This document shows, in pieces, positions 23,355 to 33,033 of a DNA stretch of 64,000 nucleotides (the stretch's first letter is position 1; each line of letters opens with the position of its first letter). The DNA lies in the NCBI GenBank assembly GCA_963719035.1, contig CAVRAO010000008.1, positions 96,001-160,000 on the forward strand. The letters run 5' to 3'. This DNA comes from Methanobacteriota archaeon (lineage in GTDB: Archaea > Halobacteriota > Bog-38 > Methanoflorentales > Methanoflorentaceae). A program made the position numbers and the translations under genes. A model generated the notes under the pieces. That model was not told the origin of the DNA. It searched no databases and saw nothing but the letters and a program-made list of their open reading frames with translations.

Positions 23355-24200
23355 TTAAGGCTTAATGCTCTTGTAACCCCCCAAGGGCTTCGCATGAATC
23401 ACGGTTCCCACGTTGTGCCCTTCCAGCGCCTTAGTAACGTTACCGCTGACGAGGCCATCCACAATTCTGATTGCTTTTACGTTGACAGCAAATTGCAGCA
23501 GCTCCACGGCGGCGCGCTCGAGCACGAGGTCCTCAAGATCCATCTGGAGCAATTCTTCTGCCGTGATCTCAGGTATGAGCTCCGCATCGGGATGTATTCG
23601 AGGATCTTCGGCGTAGAGCCCAGTCACATCTTTAACGAGAATGCAGTTCTTCGCGCCAAGCACGTCGGCCATGAGAAGTGCGCCCGTGTCGGTCCGATGG
23701 GGGGGAATCCTCCCAATCCTTGGAGGATGCTCGTACAGCCCATAGGGCGGCGTGCCGTGAATGACCGGTAGCACACCTAAATGGAATAGCATCGGCAAGT
23801 CCAAGAGGTCTTCGCGTTTAATGCGGACGCCGTTGTATTTTGAAAACAAGATGGCGAGCATAATAGCGTTCTGTTCGCTCACCTTGCCGGCAAGCTCGGC
23901 GAGGAGTCCCGTTGGCATCCCAAGATCAACGCCCAGGTCAAGCACGTGGCGCACGCGCGCCCCACCCCCCGTGACGACCAGTAGCTGATCTTTGCGAGAG
24001 GCCTCGCCGATTTCATCGACGAGCGGAAGGACGACCTCCTTCCCATAGTCGATCGTTCCGTGTCCGCCAAGCTTAATCACGTTGAGCTCAGGCAGCATAC
24101 GCACTGATTCGCCCTTCTCAAGCCCCTCTAAGAACGCCCGTCGTACGAGGGTTTCGTCCCGCATACCTGATTCCAATCCGAGTCTTCGTGGCATGTGCAA
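23355..24200 (-). CDS. Molybdenum storage protein (MosA/B)-like amino-acid-kinase-fold protein
   Basis: VIKLGG.G.IDYG...V.PL, TGGG.R.RH...G.DLGMPTG, PPHRTDTGA, KDV.GLY..DP; lies in a Mo gene context. Confidence 0.75.
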   Translation of the reverse strand: MHMPRRLGLESGMRDETLVRRAFLEGLEKGESVRMLPELNVIKLGGHGTIDYGKEVVLPLVDEIGEASRKDQLLVVTGGGARVRHVLDLGVDLGMPTGLLAELAGKVSEQNAIMLAILFSKYNGVRIKREDLLDLPMLFHLGVLPVIHGTPPYGLYEHPPRIGRIPPHRTDTGALLMADVLGAKNCILVKDVTGLYAEDPRIHPDAELIPEITAEELLQMDLEDLVLERAAVELLQFAVNVKAIRIVDGLVSGNVTKALEGHNVGTVIHAKPLGGYKSIKP

Positions 24201-24288
24201 TCCTTCGACAGCTTCTTATAGCTGCAGATGCATAACTGTTATTGTTAACAGTTGGTATACCAAGTGTTTATGCGAATGAGGGGAAAAA

Positions 24289-24501
24289 ATGAAGATATAT
24301 GTGAGAGAGCGAGTGAAGGTCGGAAAGGGCGTGAAACAGCCCCGTTTTAGGGTTGTTGCCGTAACGGGCACAGAGCTGCACATTCGTGCAGTCCATCTGA
24401 GGAAGACGGAACTCGAACAGATCGCAGGGGACGTTGGGGCTGATGTTGTCTACTTGGAGCCAGTGCCCGATGAGTTGAAAAAGCAAGGAGAAGGGTCCTA
24501 G
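24289..24501 (+). CDS. Small conserved-looking hypothetical protein (70 aa)
   Basis: GAGGGG RBS; MKIYVRER...PRFRVV...H.RK.ELE.IA. Confidence 0.65.
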   Translation: MKIYVRERVKVGKGVKQPRFRVVAVTGTELHIRAVHLRKTELEQIAGDVGADVVYLEPVPDELKKQGEGS

Positions 24502-24682
24502 TCATTCCGAATCACGAGAGTGGCTTCTTTTAAGACGCGTTATGGGCGCCGGACTCGAATACACTGCAGCCGCGGCGATTTCCGTGTCAGAGGTCCATCC
24601 GGATCTTTTTTCACGCAAAACTGTAACGTAGCCTTTTTGCAGCCCCTTTAGAGCCGCTCCGTGATTATGGCCCTTGCAAAGC

Positions 24683-25033
24683 ATGGTCGATCTAGACCTC
24701 CATATCGTGCTTGACGCCGCCTTGCGGATACTACTCATCATCGACAACAGTATTTCCGTGCGTTTTTCTAAAGACGCGATACACATCAAGCTGCCTACGA
24801 CACGCCGACTCGCTGATTTTTTGGAGGTGCCGCACTATTACGTGCTCCCGATCTTGGGCATGATGGAAATGGACGAACTGATAACGCGAGCTGAACGCGT
24901 TGGTATTCATACTACAAACAAGGGTAGCAAGATCTTCGTCGCCCTCATGCACGAGCGCTACAAGAATGAGGCCGAGGCGTTGCTCGGGCCGACCATATTC
25001 GAAGAGATACGGCGGCGCACTGACCAGCCGTGA
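24683..25033 (+). CDS. Putative GntR-like winged-helix protein
   Basis: KLPTTRRLADFLEV...V...LITR.ERVG resembles a GntR HTH. Confidence 0.6.
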   Translation: MVDLDLHIVLDAALRILLIIDNSISVRFSKDAIHIKLPTTRRLADFLEVPHYYVLPILGMMEMDELITRAERVGIHTTNKGSKIFVALMHERYKNEAEALLGPTIFEEIRRRTDQP

Positions 25034-25760
25034 ACACGGCTGGAGCGATGGTATGAAAGCTATTTCCGACTAACTTAAAGCTAGCTCGCAAGCGCTAGTT
25101 ACGAGGATACGGATAACTAAAAAGAAGAGACGTTATGTAAACACCTCTTTCGTTCTACTGTTGTTTAACGGATGTAACTATAGTACTTTTTTCGCCCTTT
25201 CTCCGTTATAATAAGACTGTTATGCATGTTCTCGAAAACATCGGGGTGCGCAGCAACGCAGGTCTTTTGGTGTTCTTTCATTGTATGTCCCAGCGTGCAA
25301 ACTCGAGAAGAGCATTAAGCGCGTGTAAGATGATCTGAGTCACGTCAAACCGTCACAGTTTCTCGTTCAATCCCATTAGCAGTGGTGTCTTCATCGCTCA
25401 AGTCGACTGAAGAGATGGAGGGACTAGACCTCGCCCAAAAAGAAGACGTTGCAACATATCGCCTTGAGTTTAAGGAGGGGGTCTAGTCTATACCAGTTGG
25501 TATCTCAGCTGTTTATAATTTTCGCTTTCTTTCAGTGCTTTCTATTCCCACGCTTTGGCTCAAGTCTTAAAAATACGCCTGCCCAGTATTTCATATAGAT
25601 GTCATACACGTTCTCAGGCAACGGGCTCCGCCTCACTGAGACGGTGAGTTTAGCTTATTTTGACGTTGTCCGACAGTTCAGCACGAGTTTCTGTAGCTAT
25701 TCTCGCTGTCGACAAAGTTTTGTTAGTCATCTATAGTCCGTCTAATTGGAAAAAGAACGA

Positions 25761-25807
25761 TGGAACCGGCCGGATTCGGACCGGCGACCATCGCCATGCA
25801 AGGCGAT
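25761..25807 (-). pseudogene. 3' half of a tRNA (Ala-like); att-site-like fragment
   Basis: Minus strand TCGCCTTGCATGGCGATGGTCGCCGGTCCGAATCCGGCCGGTTCCA has anticodon arm, T-arm and acceptor 3' strand; no 5' half. Confidence 0.6.
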
Positions 25808-25918
25808 ATTGACTCTGCAATTTACATTGCAGTCGTTCTTGTGCTAATCTCATTTGCAGTAATCGTTACCGTTAGATGGGTCAGTCGAAGGGAAGCGAGT
25901 GCTCATACACAGATGTAA
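25790..25918 (+). pseudogene. 3' remnant of a second modB
   Basis: AMQGDIDSAIYIAVVLVLISFAVIVTVR aligns with modB end [28 protein letters not shown]. Confidence 0.7.
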
Positions 25919-26112
25919 AAACAGCATTCTCGACTACATCCGCTGAGAACAATCAAAAAAACCGGCTTGTTGCCGACAATCAGCTCGATTCGAGCCTAAA
26001 GGAATCTTGTTATTTTTCTATTGCAGCGTCGCTAATTAATTTCCAGGCTATATTAGACCCTGCAAAAAACGTCAAAAAAAGGTAACAGGGGGCAGAAGAC
26101 CCCCTACATTTC

Positions 26113-27258
26113 CTAATCCGATGTCAGTTCAGCGAATCGGGCCAGGAGCTTAGCTGTGTCCTTGGTCGATTGGTGGAAGAACGTCGAGAGGGGGATCTCA
26201 ACAGGACATGCATCCTCACACTGACCACAGTCCACGCAGTCGGCATCCATATGTGCCGCTCTCGTGTACTGCAGCTTCGGCGAGGGAGGGAGCCCTTCTT
26301 CAACCCAGCGCGGCTCACAGCTCTCGAGCTTGCAGTCATCGCACGTGCACACGGGACACGCCTTCCAGCAGCCGCCGCATTTTATGCATTTTGCGAACTG
26401 CTCGAGCCAGAACTCGTCGCGTTCCTCAGCGCTCTTAAAGTCGTGCGCCTGCCACTTGGCCCCAAGCTTAAGCATCGCCTTTTCGATGTTCTCCCGGATC
26501 TCAAGCCCCTTCGGAATCGGATCCTTCGTCGTTATTGCGCCTGCCTTCACCGCGCCCTCGAGCACTTTCGCCCCTTTCTCAGAGCAGACCTCGACAAACG
26601 TGGCCTTGCCCGCGTCAGGACCGATGACTCCCCAGTTCCCGAACGCAAGGTCCATCGTTCTCGGGATCTTCTCCTCACACCGGCGGCAGTTCGCCCTTCG
26701 GCCGTACCCCTGCTCTTCGAGATCGTCGACCTTGACCTCCTTGTGCTCGTGATCCTTCGTCTCGATGATGAAGTTGCCCTTGGAAATCTCCTCCTTGATG
26801 ACGTCCATCGGATCGGTGTCGTAGAACTTCCAGATCATCTCCTGGGCCTGCACCGGCGGGAAGGTCCCCCCGCAGTTGAGGCCGATGCGGACGAGGTTGT
26901 CGGCGTTCAAATCGCCTTGTCGTATCTGTACTCCCATGGCGAGCGAGTCACACCCGACGCCAACGACGGCGAGCTTCATGTCCTTAGCGCCGTTGAGGTA
27001 CTTGTGAAGTACGTTTGACTGGATGATGGGGGCACAGTGCAGCGACCCGGAAAGCTCAGTGATCTTCGCCGGATTAGAAATGAGCGTCGGCACGCCGTCA
27101 TAGATGTCCGCACCGCGCTTCATTCCGAGCACGGCGTCGACGATCTTGTTCTCAAGCAGATACTTTAGCATCGCGGTAACGGCGCCGCCACACTCACCTT
27201 TCTCCTGAATCGCGCTGTCGGCCGCTTGCGCGTAAAACATATCTCCTACTTTTACCAT
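26113..27258 (-). CDS. fdhB: F420-dependent formate dehydrogenase beta subunit (copy 2)
   Basis: Protein identical to copy 1 from MVKVGD onward. Confidence 0.92.
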   Translation of the reverse strand: MVKVGDMFYAQAADSAIQEKGECGGAVTAMLKYLLENKIVDAVLGMKRGADIYDGVPTLISNPAKITELSGSLHCAPIIQSNVLHKYLNGAKDMKLAVVGVGCDSLAMGVQIRQGDLNADNLVRIGLNCGGTFPPVQAQEMIWKFYDTDPMDVIKEEISKGNFIIETKDHEHKEVKVDDLEEQGYGRRANCRRCEEKIPRTMDLAFGNWGVIGPDAGKATFVEVCSEKGAKVLEGAVKAGAITTKDPIPKGLEIRENIEKAMLKLGAKWQAHDFKSAEERDEFWLEQFAKCIKCGGCWKACPVCTCDDCKLESCEPRWVEEGLPPSPKLQYTRAAHMDADCVDCGQCEDACPVEIPLSTFFHQSTKDTAKLLARFAELTSD

Positions 27259-27271
27259 GTTCTGCACCTCC

Positions 27272-29327
27272 TTACGCCTTCTCAAGCGCCGCTTTCTCCA
27301 GAGCCACTGCGCAGTACTTCAGCTCTGGCATCTTTGACATCGGGTCCAGTGCCGTATTCGTAAGCACGTTCGCCGGACCTTCACTGAAGTGGAAGCTCAT
27401 ATTAAGCACGCCTTTAGGCATATCGCTCGTAACGCGTGCCAGCGTTTCACACTCACCGCGGCGACTTCGAAGCTTTACCCGGTCGTGACTTTGTATGCCA
27501 AGCTCCTTTGCATCTTCAACACTGATCTCAACGTATCCCGTTGGGACTTCAGCGTCGAGCGTTGGCGATCGTCTCGTCATAGTTCCGGTGTGGTAATGGA
27601 ACAAGATCCGGCCCGTCATAAGTTCAAACGGGTACTCGGCATCTGGCAGCTCCGCAGGTAGTCTGTCTTCAATGCCATAGAAGGCCCCTAGCCCGTCGGG
27701 CAACGCGAATTTCTCTTTGTGGAGAATTGGCGTTCCGGGATGCTCTACTGTTGGACACGGCCATATGAGAGCTTCAGGTTTCTCGAGTCGCTCATATGTC
27801 ATCCCCGCGTACTGAGGCGTCACCTTTCGCATGTCGTCAAAAACGTCTTGGGCACTTGTGAACTCAAAGCCGCTTAAGCCGAGTTTGTCAGCGAGAAGCG
27901 TAAAGATTTCCCAGTCAGGTTTGGCTTCACCTGGTGGACTAACCGCCGTTCGTATGCGCTGCACTCGGCGTTCACCACTGGTAAACGTGCCGTCCTTTTC
28001 GGCAAAGCACGCGCCGGGGAGTACAGACATCGGCGTATGGTGTCGTTTCTGTTGGAAAGATATCCAGCACCACAAGAAAATCGAGCTTCTCAAGTTGCCT
28101 GCGGACGTGGTTGGAATCTGGGAATGACATCACCGGGTTTTCACCCATGATGACCATCGCCTTTATCTCATCACCGCATGCGTCTATTTGCTCGGTCAGG
28201 GTCAACCCATATTCACCAGGAAGGTCCGTAACGCCCCACGCCTTCTCCATCTTCTCGCGATTTGCAGCGACTTCGCATTTCTGATAGCCGGAATACACGT
28301 TCGGATAGGCCCCCATGTCGCAGGCGCCCTGGACGTTGTTTTGACCTCTAAGCGGATTGACGCCAACGCCCGGCCTTCCGATGTTACCAGTTAACATCGC
28401 AAGATTCCCGAGCGACATAACGTTATGCGTCCCAGTTGTTTGCTCGGTAATGCCGAGGCAGTAGATAATCACTGCATTTTTAGCGGTCGCGTATTTCCGC
28501 GCTACTTCTTTTACAAGCTCAGTAGGCACTCCTGTTCTAGCTTCTACGTCTGCGTACTTCTGTACGGTCGTCTTAAGGTCCTCGAATCCCTTCGTCCGAT
28601 TTGCGATGAAGTCCTTATCATGCAAGTCCTCCGCAATAATCCAATACATCATTGAATTAAGCAAGGCAATTTGAGATGAAGGCTTGTAGCGCACGTATGT
28701 ATCCGCCTGCTTCGCCGTCGTCGAGAACCGTGGATCGCAGACGATTAAGTGCGCCCCCTTTTCTTTGGCCTGGATGATCCTTCGCCCGGCGAGCGGGTGC
28801 GCTTCCAACGCGTTAGAGCCGATCATGAAAACAACATCGGCGTTTAAAGCGTCTGCAAATCCGTTTGTTGCCGCGCCCGAACCAAAGGATAACGAAAGCC
28901 CGGCAACGGATGGACCGTGACAAATGCGCGCGCAATTATCGACGTAGTTGGTGCCGAATCCGACCCGAGCGAGTTTTTGCATAATGTAACATTCTTCGTT
29001 CGGAGTTCTGCACGACACTTGAAACGCGACCGAGTTCCGGCCGTTTGCTTTATGAATTTCCTTTAATCGCGAAGCGACTAGATCGAGCGCTTCGTCCCAA
29101 TTAGCCTTAACAAGCTTGCCATCTTTTTTGATCAAGGGAGTCGTGAGCCTATCCTCATTTTGAACGAATTCCCAACATGAGAGGCCTTTTGGACAGAGCT
29201 TCCCCTCATTCACGGGAGTTCTCTTCCATGGCTCGACCCCGACGAGCTTGTCGTCCTTAACCACCAGGTTAAGTCCGCAGCCGACCCCACAGTAGGGACA
29301 CGTTGTCGGTACGTATTGTATATCCAT
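27272..29327 (-). CDS. fdhA: Formate dehydrogenase alpha subunit (Cys-type), copy 2 (frameshift near 28025)
   Basis: [34 protein letters not shown]; two ORFs joined by a one-base shift. Confidence 0.9.
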
Positions 29328-29409
29328 GCGATTTCCTCCAGAGTAAATCTGCTTCAACCTAAACTGCAGCAACCGAAGCTAAGAGCAGATTGCTGAGTGG
29401 TTTGCTCCA

Positions 29410-29442
29410 AATTATAAATTCGTTATGATTCTAGAATAACAT
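29410..29442. promoter_or_regulatory. TATA plus GTTAT-N9-ATAAC cassette upstream of fdhA2, inverted relative to the fdhA1 copy
   Basis: AATTATAAATTCGTTATGATTCTAGAATAACAT. Confidence 0.7.
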
Positions 29443-29682
29443 GGGATAAATACTTTGTCTGCTCAAACATTTATCAACGTGACTGGCATACTATATCGCA
29501 AAGTCTTAAAAAATTGTCTGAGTAACAGAAATGGACTATTCAAGATCGCAGGCAAAGTCGATAAGAACGATGTCGGGGCACCGAAAGCGGTGTATCCGTC
29601 CGTTGACTGCATCGATGCACATAAATCAAGAATGAGCGGAGCGAAATTGAATTACTGTAAAAAAATAGAGGTATTTAAAACC

Positions 29683-30138
29683 ATGAATGTAGAAGACGCA
29701 AAAAAGATCATTTCTAGCGCAATAGACAGCGAAGTAGAGGCATATACATATTATACCAGCGTCTCTGACAGGGCGACAGATCCAACGTTAAAGAAACTCT
29801 TTGGAGAACTTGCGGGCGAAGAGAAGAAACACAGGGAGTTCCTCCAAGCATTCCTTACGAAGGACACCGCCGATCTCAAGTTCTCGGGAACGCACAACTA
29901 CAAGGTCGTTGACGCTTTGCCAACTCCTAAGCTAACTAATGATTTAACACCAATCGAAGGCCTTGTCCTAGCGATCAAGAAAGAACTTGAGGCAATGCAG
30001 ATGTACACCCAGCTTGCCACGCTTTCCACTGATGTCGAACAAGAGCTCCTTTTCTCCCAGCTCGCAAATATGGAGAGGTCCCACAAGGCCCGGCTCGAGG
30101 ATATCTACACGAATATGGCCTTCGCCGAAGTCTGGTAG
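29683..30138 (+). CDS. Ferritin/rubrerythrin-like di-iron protein
   Basis: AI.SE..AY.YY, LA.EE..H, AI..E..A..MY, LA.ME..H motifs. Confidence 0.85.
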   Translation: MNVEDAKKIISSAIDSEVEAYTYYTSVSDRATDPTLKKLFGELAGEEKKHREFLQAFLTKDTADLKFSGTHNYKVVDALPTPKLTNDLTPIEGLVLAIKKELEAMQMYTQLATLSTDVEQELLFSQLANMERSHKARLEDIYTNMAFAEVW

Positions 30139-30282
30139 GCAGAAAGAATGTTTATTACCGGCTCCAAGGCCGGTTTCTTTTTCATCCTTTAGCTTGACCC
30201 TGAACGAACCATTACGCACAATAAAGTGTGGTAACGAATTCAACTTACCACGGTTCTCAATAAATGACAAGGACTGCAGCGA

Positions 30283-30900
30283 CTATTCATAATAGCTTGT
30301 CCCTGAGCAGGTTACGCACGTGCCATCCTTAAGCAAGTAATCTGGCACTACCTCACTACAAACAGTACACGTCACGGATTCCCATGACCCCTTCAAAGGC
30401 ACCTTTACCCTCACCGACTCCCACGATAAGATACGTCGACCTCCTCGCAGAATGTCGTCGTAGATCCCGTCCTTATCGGTCACTCGTTTGAAAGCAGGAT
30501 CATTCGTAAACCATTGGTTAAGGATCGGATAACTTTTGATTTTGGCTGCATCAACATAAACTCGTATCCCCTCAGCTTCTTTCTCTGAAGAGGGCCTGTT
30601 CAGCGTAATCGAAAAGCGTCCCGATTCGATTAGTCGTAGCCGATGATTGCCTACCGTGGCATGCGTGACAACTTGCAACGCATCTGGGGCGCACTTCGAC
30701 GTTTCGGCCACCGCGTGAAGTTTTTCGTTTGACGTAGCCCCCAGCTTCTCGAGTGCTAGATCGACCATAAATACCCCGATGAGCAAGCCAGGTGCAGCCC
30801 AACCATGGAATGATACAGTTTGCCGTATGTACTGGCGAATTCTCTCTTCTGTGCCATTTCGTCCCATCAACGCTTCAAGTTCATTGAGTGTCATGCTCAT
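30283..30900 (-). CDS. fmdE: FmdE-family protein with C-terminal zinc finger
   Basis: FHG..APG...G, AET..C.PDA.Q...T.GN, C..C.E......C..C. Confidence 0.85.
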   Translation of the reverse strand: MSMTLNELEALMGRNGTEERIRQYIRQTVSFHGWAAPGLLIGVFMVDLALEKLGATSNEKLHAVAETSKCAPDALQVVTHATVGNHRLRLIESGRFSITLNRPSSEKEAEGIRVYVDAAKIKSYPILNQWFTNDPAFKRVTDKDGIYDDILRGGRRILSWESVRVKVPLKGSWESVTCTVCSEVVPDYLLKDGTCVTCSGTSYYE

Positions 30901-30927
30901 GTTTAGTTCCGCCTGAATAGCGAATAG

Positions 30928-31015
30928 TGATATGCTCCATTCATTATAACGATACTTTTATATTTTACGTTCTACAGAAGCTATAACGTAACGATATTAT
31001 AATAAAGTAATATCG
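30928..31015. promoter_or_regulatory. Operator cluster in the fmdE/fwdB divergent promoter (two N12 sites, one N9 site)
   Basis: TGATAT-N12-ATAACG (30928), CGTTCT-N9-ATAACG (30968), CGATAT-N12-ATATCG (30992). Confidence 0.65.
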
Positions 31016-31146
31016 CTAAGCAGAGGCATAATTCGCATGGCGTTGAATGGCTTAGCTTCAAGGTTAATCGAAGATAAAGCTGCGCACTCTGCCGTTAGGT
31101 TGGCTACAATCCGAACGAAGCCAAGCAATGCGAATTGAGGTGCTAA

Positions 31147-32589
31147 ATGAGCTCTGAAGCAAACGTAATAACCAAAACTGGCGATAAACTAACGTGCACG
31201 GACGTGACGTGCCCCGTGTGTGGTATAGCCTGTGACGATATTGAAGTCGAGCTTGACGACGTATCCGTCGTTACGCGAAATGCCTGCATTATGGGTGATG
31301 CGAAGTTCAAGGAGCTTCGAAGCAGTCACCGAATTACCAAGCCTCTAATTGATGGAAAAGAGGCCCCGTGGAGTGAGGCTATCGACAAAGCAGCTGAGTT
31401 TCTCGTAAATGCGAAAAGACCGTTCTTTTTCGTGGGAAGCGAAACGACCACAGAGGCTATGGCAGTAGGCATCGAGATCGCTGAGATGTTAGGTGGACTG
31501 GTTGATGGTAACGCGACGATCTGCCACGGGCCGACAGTAATGGCCATGCAAGACGTGGGGCAATCCGGATGCACACTCGGTGAAACCCGAAACAGAGCGG
31601 ATCTCGATATCTACTGGGGTGCCAACCCAGAAGACTCCCACCCGAGGCACTTAAGCCGCCATTCGATATTCGTGCGCGGTTTCTTCGCAGAACAGGGTCG
31701 CTACGGGAGAAAGGTCGTCGTCGTCGACCCGAGACGCTCGACCACAGCTGAGCACGCGGACCTTCACCTCCAGCTCAAGCCAGGCACCGATTTCGAGGTG
31801 CTCAGCGCGATTATGACGATTCTCAACGGATTTGAGCCGCACGAATCCTTTACAGAAATAACCGGTATCAGCCGTGAAGATATACACAAAGCGGCAGAAA
31901 TGGTAAAAGAGGCACGCTTTGGAGTGATATGGGTCGGTTTAGGCATCGCAAGCACCCGCGGCAAACACTACAACGCATCAATGGCGATGCGGTTGACGCA
32001 GCTCGGTAACAAAACTGGCAAGTTCGTGATCCTGGCAAACAGAGGGCATTGCAACGTCACAGGGTTCAATCAAATCCTTAATTGGTCACATGGATTTCCA
32101 TACGCCGTCGACTTCTCGACCGGGGCGCCACGTTATCAGCCGGGCGAGTACTCGTGTGTTGATGCACTTCGGCGGGGCGAAGTCGACGCGTTGTTCTGCA
32201 TGTGCGCCGATCTGGCGGCTCATTTACCGAAAATAGCTGTCGAGAGGATGTGCGAGATCCCCGTAGTCTCCATAGAAACTGCGGAGGGACCACAAGCATT
32301 CATTAGCGACGTCGTGCTACCAGGTGTTTTAGACGCTATGGAGTGTGAGGGCACTTTCTATCGGATGGACAACGTGCCGATCTACGCTCGAAGCTTCTGC
32401 GATCCGCCATTTGACTTCACGAAGTCAAATGAAGACACGTGTACACAGTTGCGTGACGCCATTATACAGAAACTGGAAGCGCGAGAAAAGGCAAAGGAAG
32501 AAGAGACGCAGGCGATGCCTCAGACGACTCCACTCACTAACGAAGAGTTTGGACAACGTTTAGATAAGCTCGTTTCCAGAGCCGTTTAA
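31147..32589 (+). CDS. fwdB: Formylmethanofuran dehydrogenase subunit B (Cys-type)
   Basis: CPVCG.ACDDI, ICHGP, TLGE.RNRAD..YWG.NP..SHPRH, RGH.NV.G, EGT.YRMD. Confidence 0.92.
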   Translation: MSSEANVITKTGDKLTCTDVTCPVCGIACDDIEVELDDVSVVTRNACIMGDAKFKELRSSHRITKPLIDGKEAPWSEAIDKAAEFLVNAKRPFFFVGSETTTEAMAVGIEIAEMLGGLVDGNATICHGPTVMAMQDVGQSGCTLGETRNRADLDIYWGANPEDSHPRHLSRHSIFVRGFFAEQGRYGRKVVVVDPRRSTTAEHADLHLQLKPGTDFEVLSAIMTILNGFEPHESFTEITGISREDIHKAAEMVKEARFGVIWVGLGIASTRGKHYNASMAMRLTQLGNKTGKFVILANRGHCNVTGFNQILNWSHGFPYAVDFSTGAPRYQPGEYSCVDALRRGEVDALFCMCADLAAHLPKIAVERMCEIPVVSIETAEGPQAFISDVVLPGVLDAMECEGTFYRMDNVPIYARSFCDPPFDFTKSNEDTCTQLRDAIIQKLEAREKAKEEETQAMPQTTPLTNEEFGQRLDKLVSRAV

Positions 32590-32609
32590 TGATGCAGGAG
32601 GAGAGTGGA

Positions 32610-33033
32610 TTGGATATAATTCTAAATACCGGCAGCACCGCATTTCAGGGCGCCGTCATCAAAGGCGGGCGCAAATTCACTGACGAATATACGCACGAAG
32701 CGGCGTATTGCGATATTAACCCTGAAGACTTTGAGGAATTAGGCAAACCGTGGGTTGTAAAAGTCACCAACGAGTACGGCGACAGCGTTATCCTGAGGGC
32801 AAAAAAGACCGACAGGCAACAAAAAGGAGAAATCTGGATCCCCCGTGGTCCGTGGGCGAACATCGTCGTAACCCCGGTAACGGAATCAACAGGCAGTCCT
32901 CGATACAAGAACTTGGTCGTTCAAATTGAAAAAGGGAGTGGCCCCGTGCTTGGACCTCAAGAGCTCATGAAAAAGTCACTATACCAAACGGGCAAGACCA
33001 AAGTGGGAGGCGAATCGCAAATGGACCGCTTAA
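32610..33033 (+). CDS. fwdD: Formylmethanofuran dehydrogenase subunit D (appears fused to C, probably through a one-base insertion near 32977)
   Basis: ILNTG...QG...K, IPRGPWAN.V..P.T..TGSP.YK. Confidence 0.8.

Noticed and set aside
15851-27018. Long antisense or overlapping ORFs over fdhB, MOT1, moeA and similar genes
   Set aside because: Shadow ORFs of GC-rich coding sequence with no motifs
17147-32589. Selenocysteine in FdhA or FwdB
   Set aside because: Active-site positions are Cys codons; no in-frame TGA
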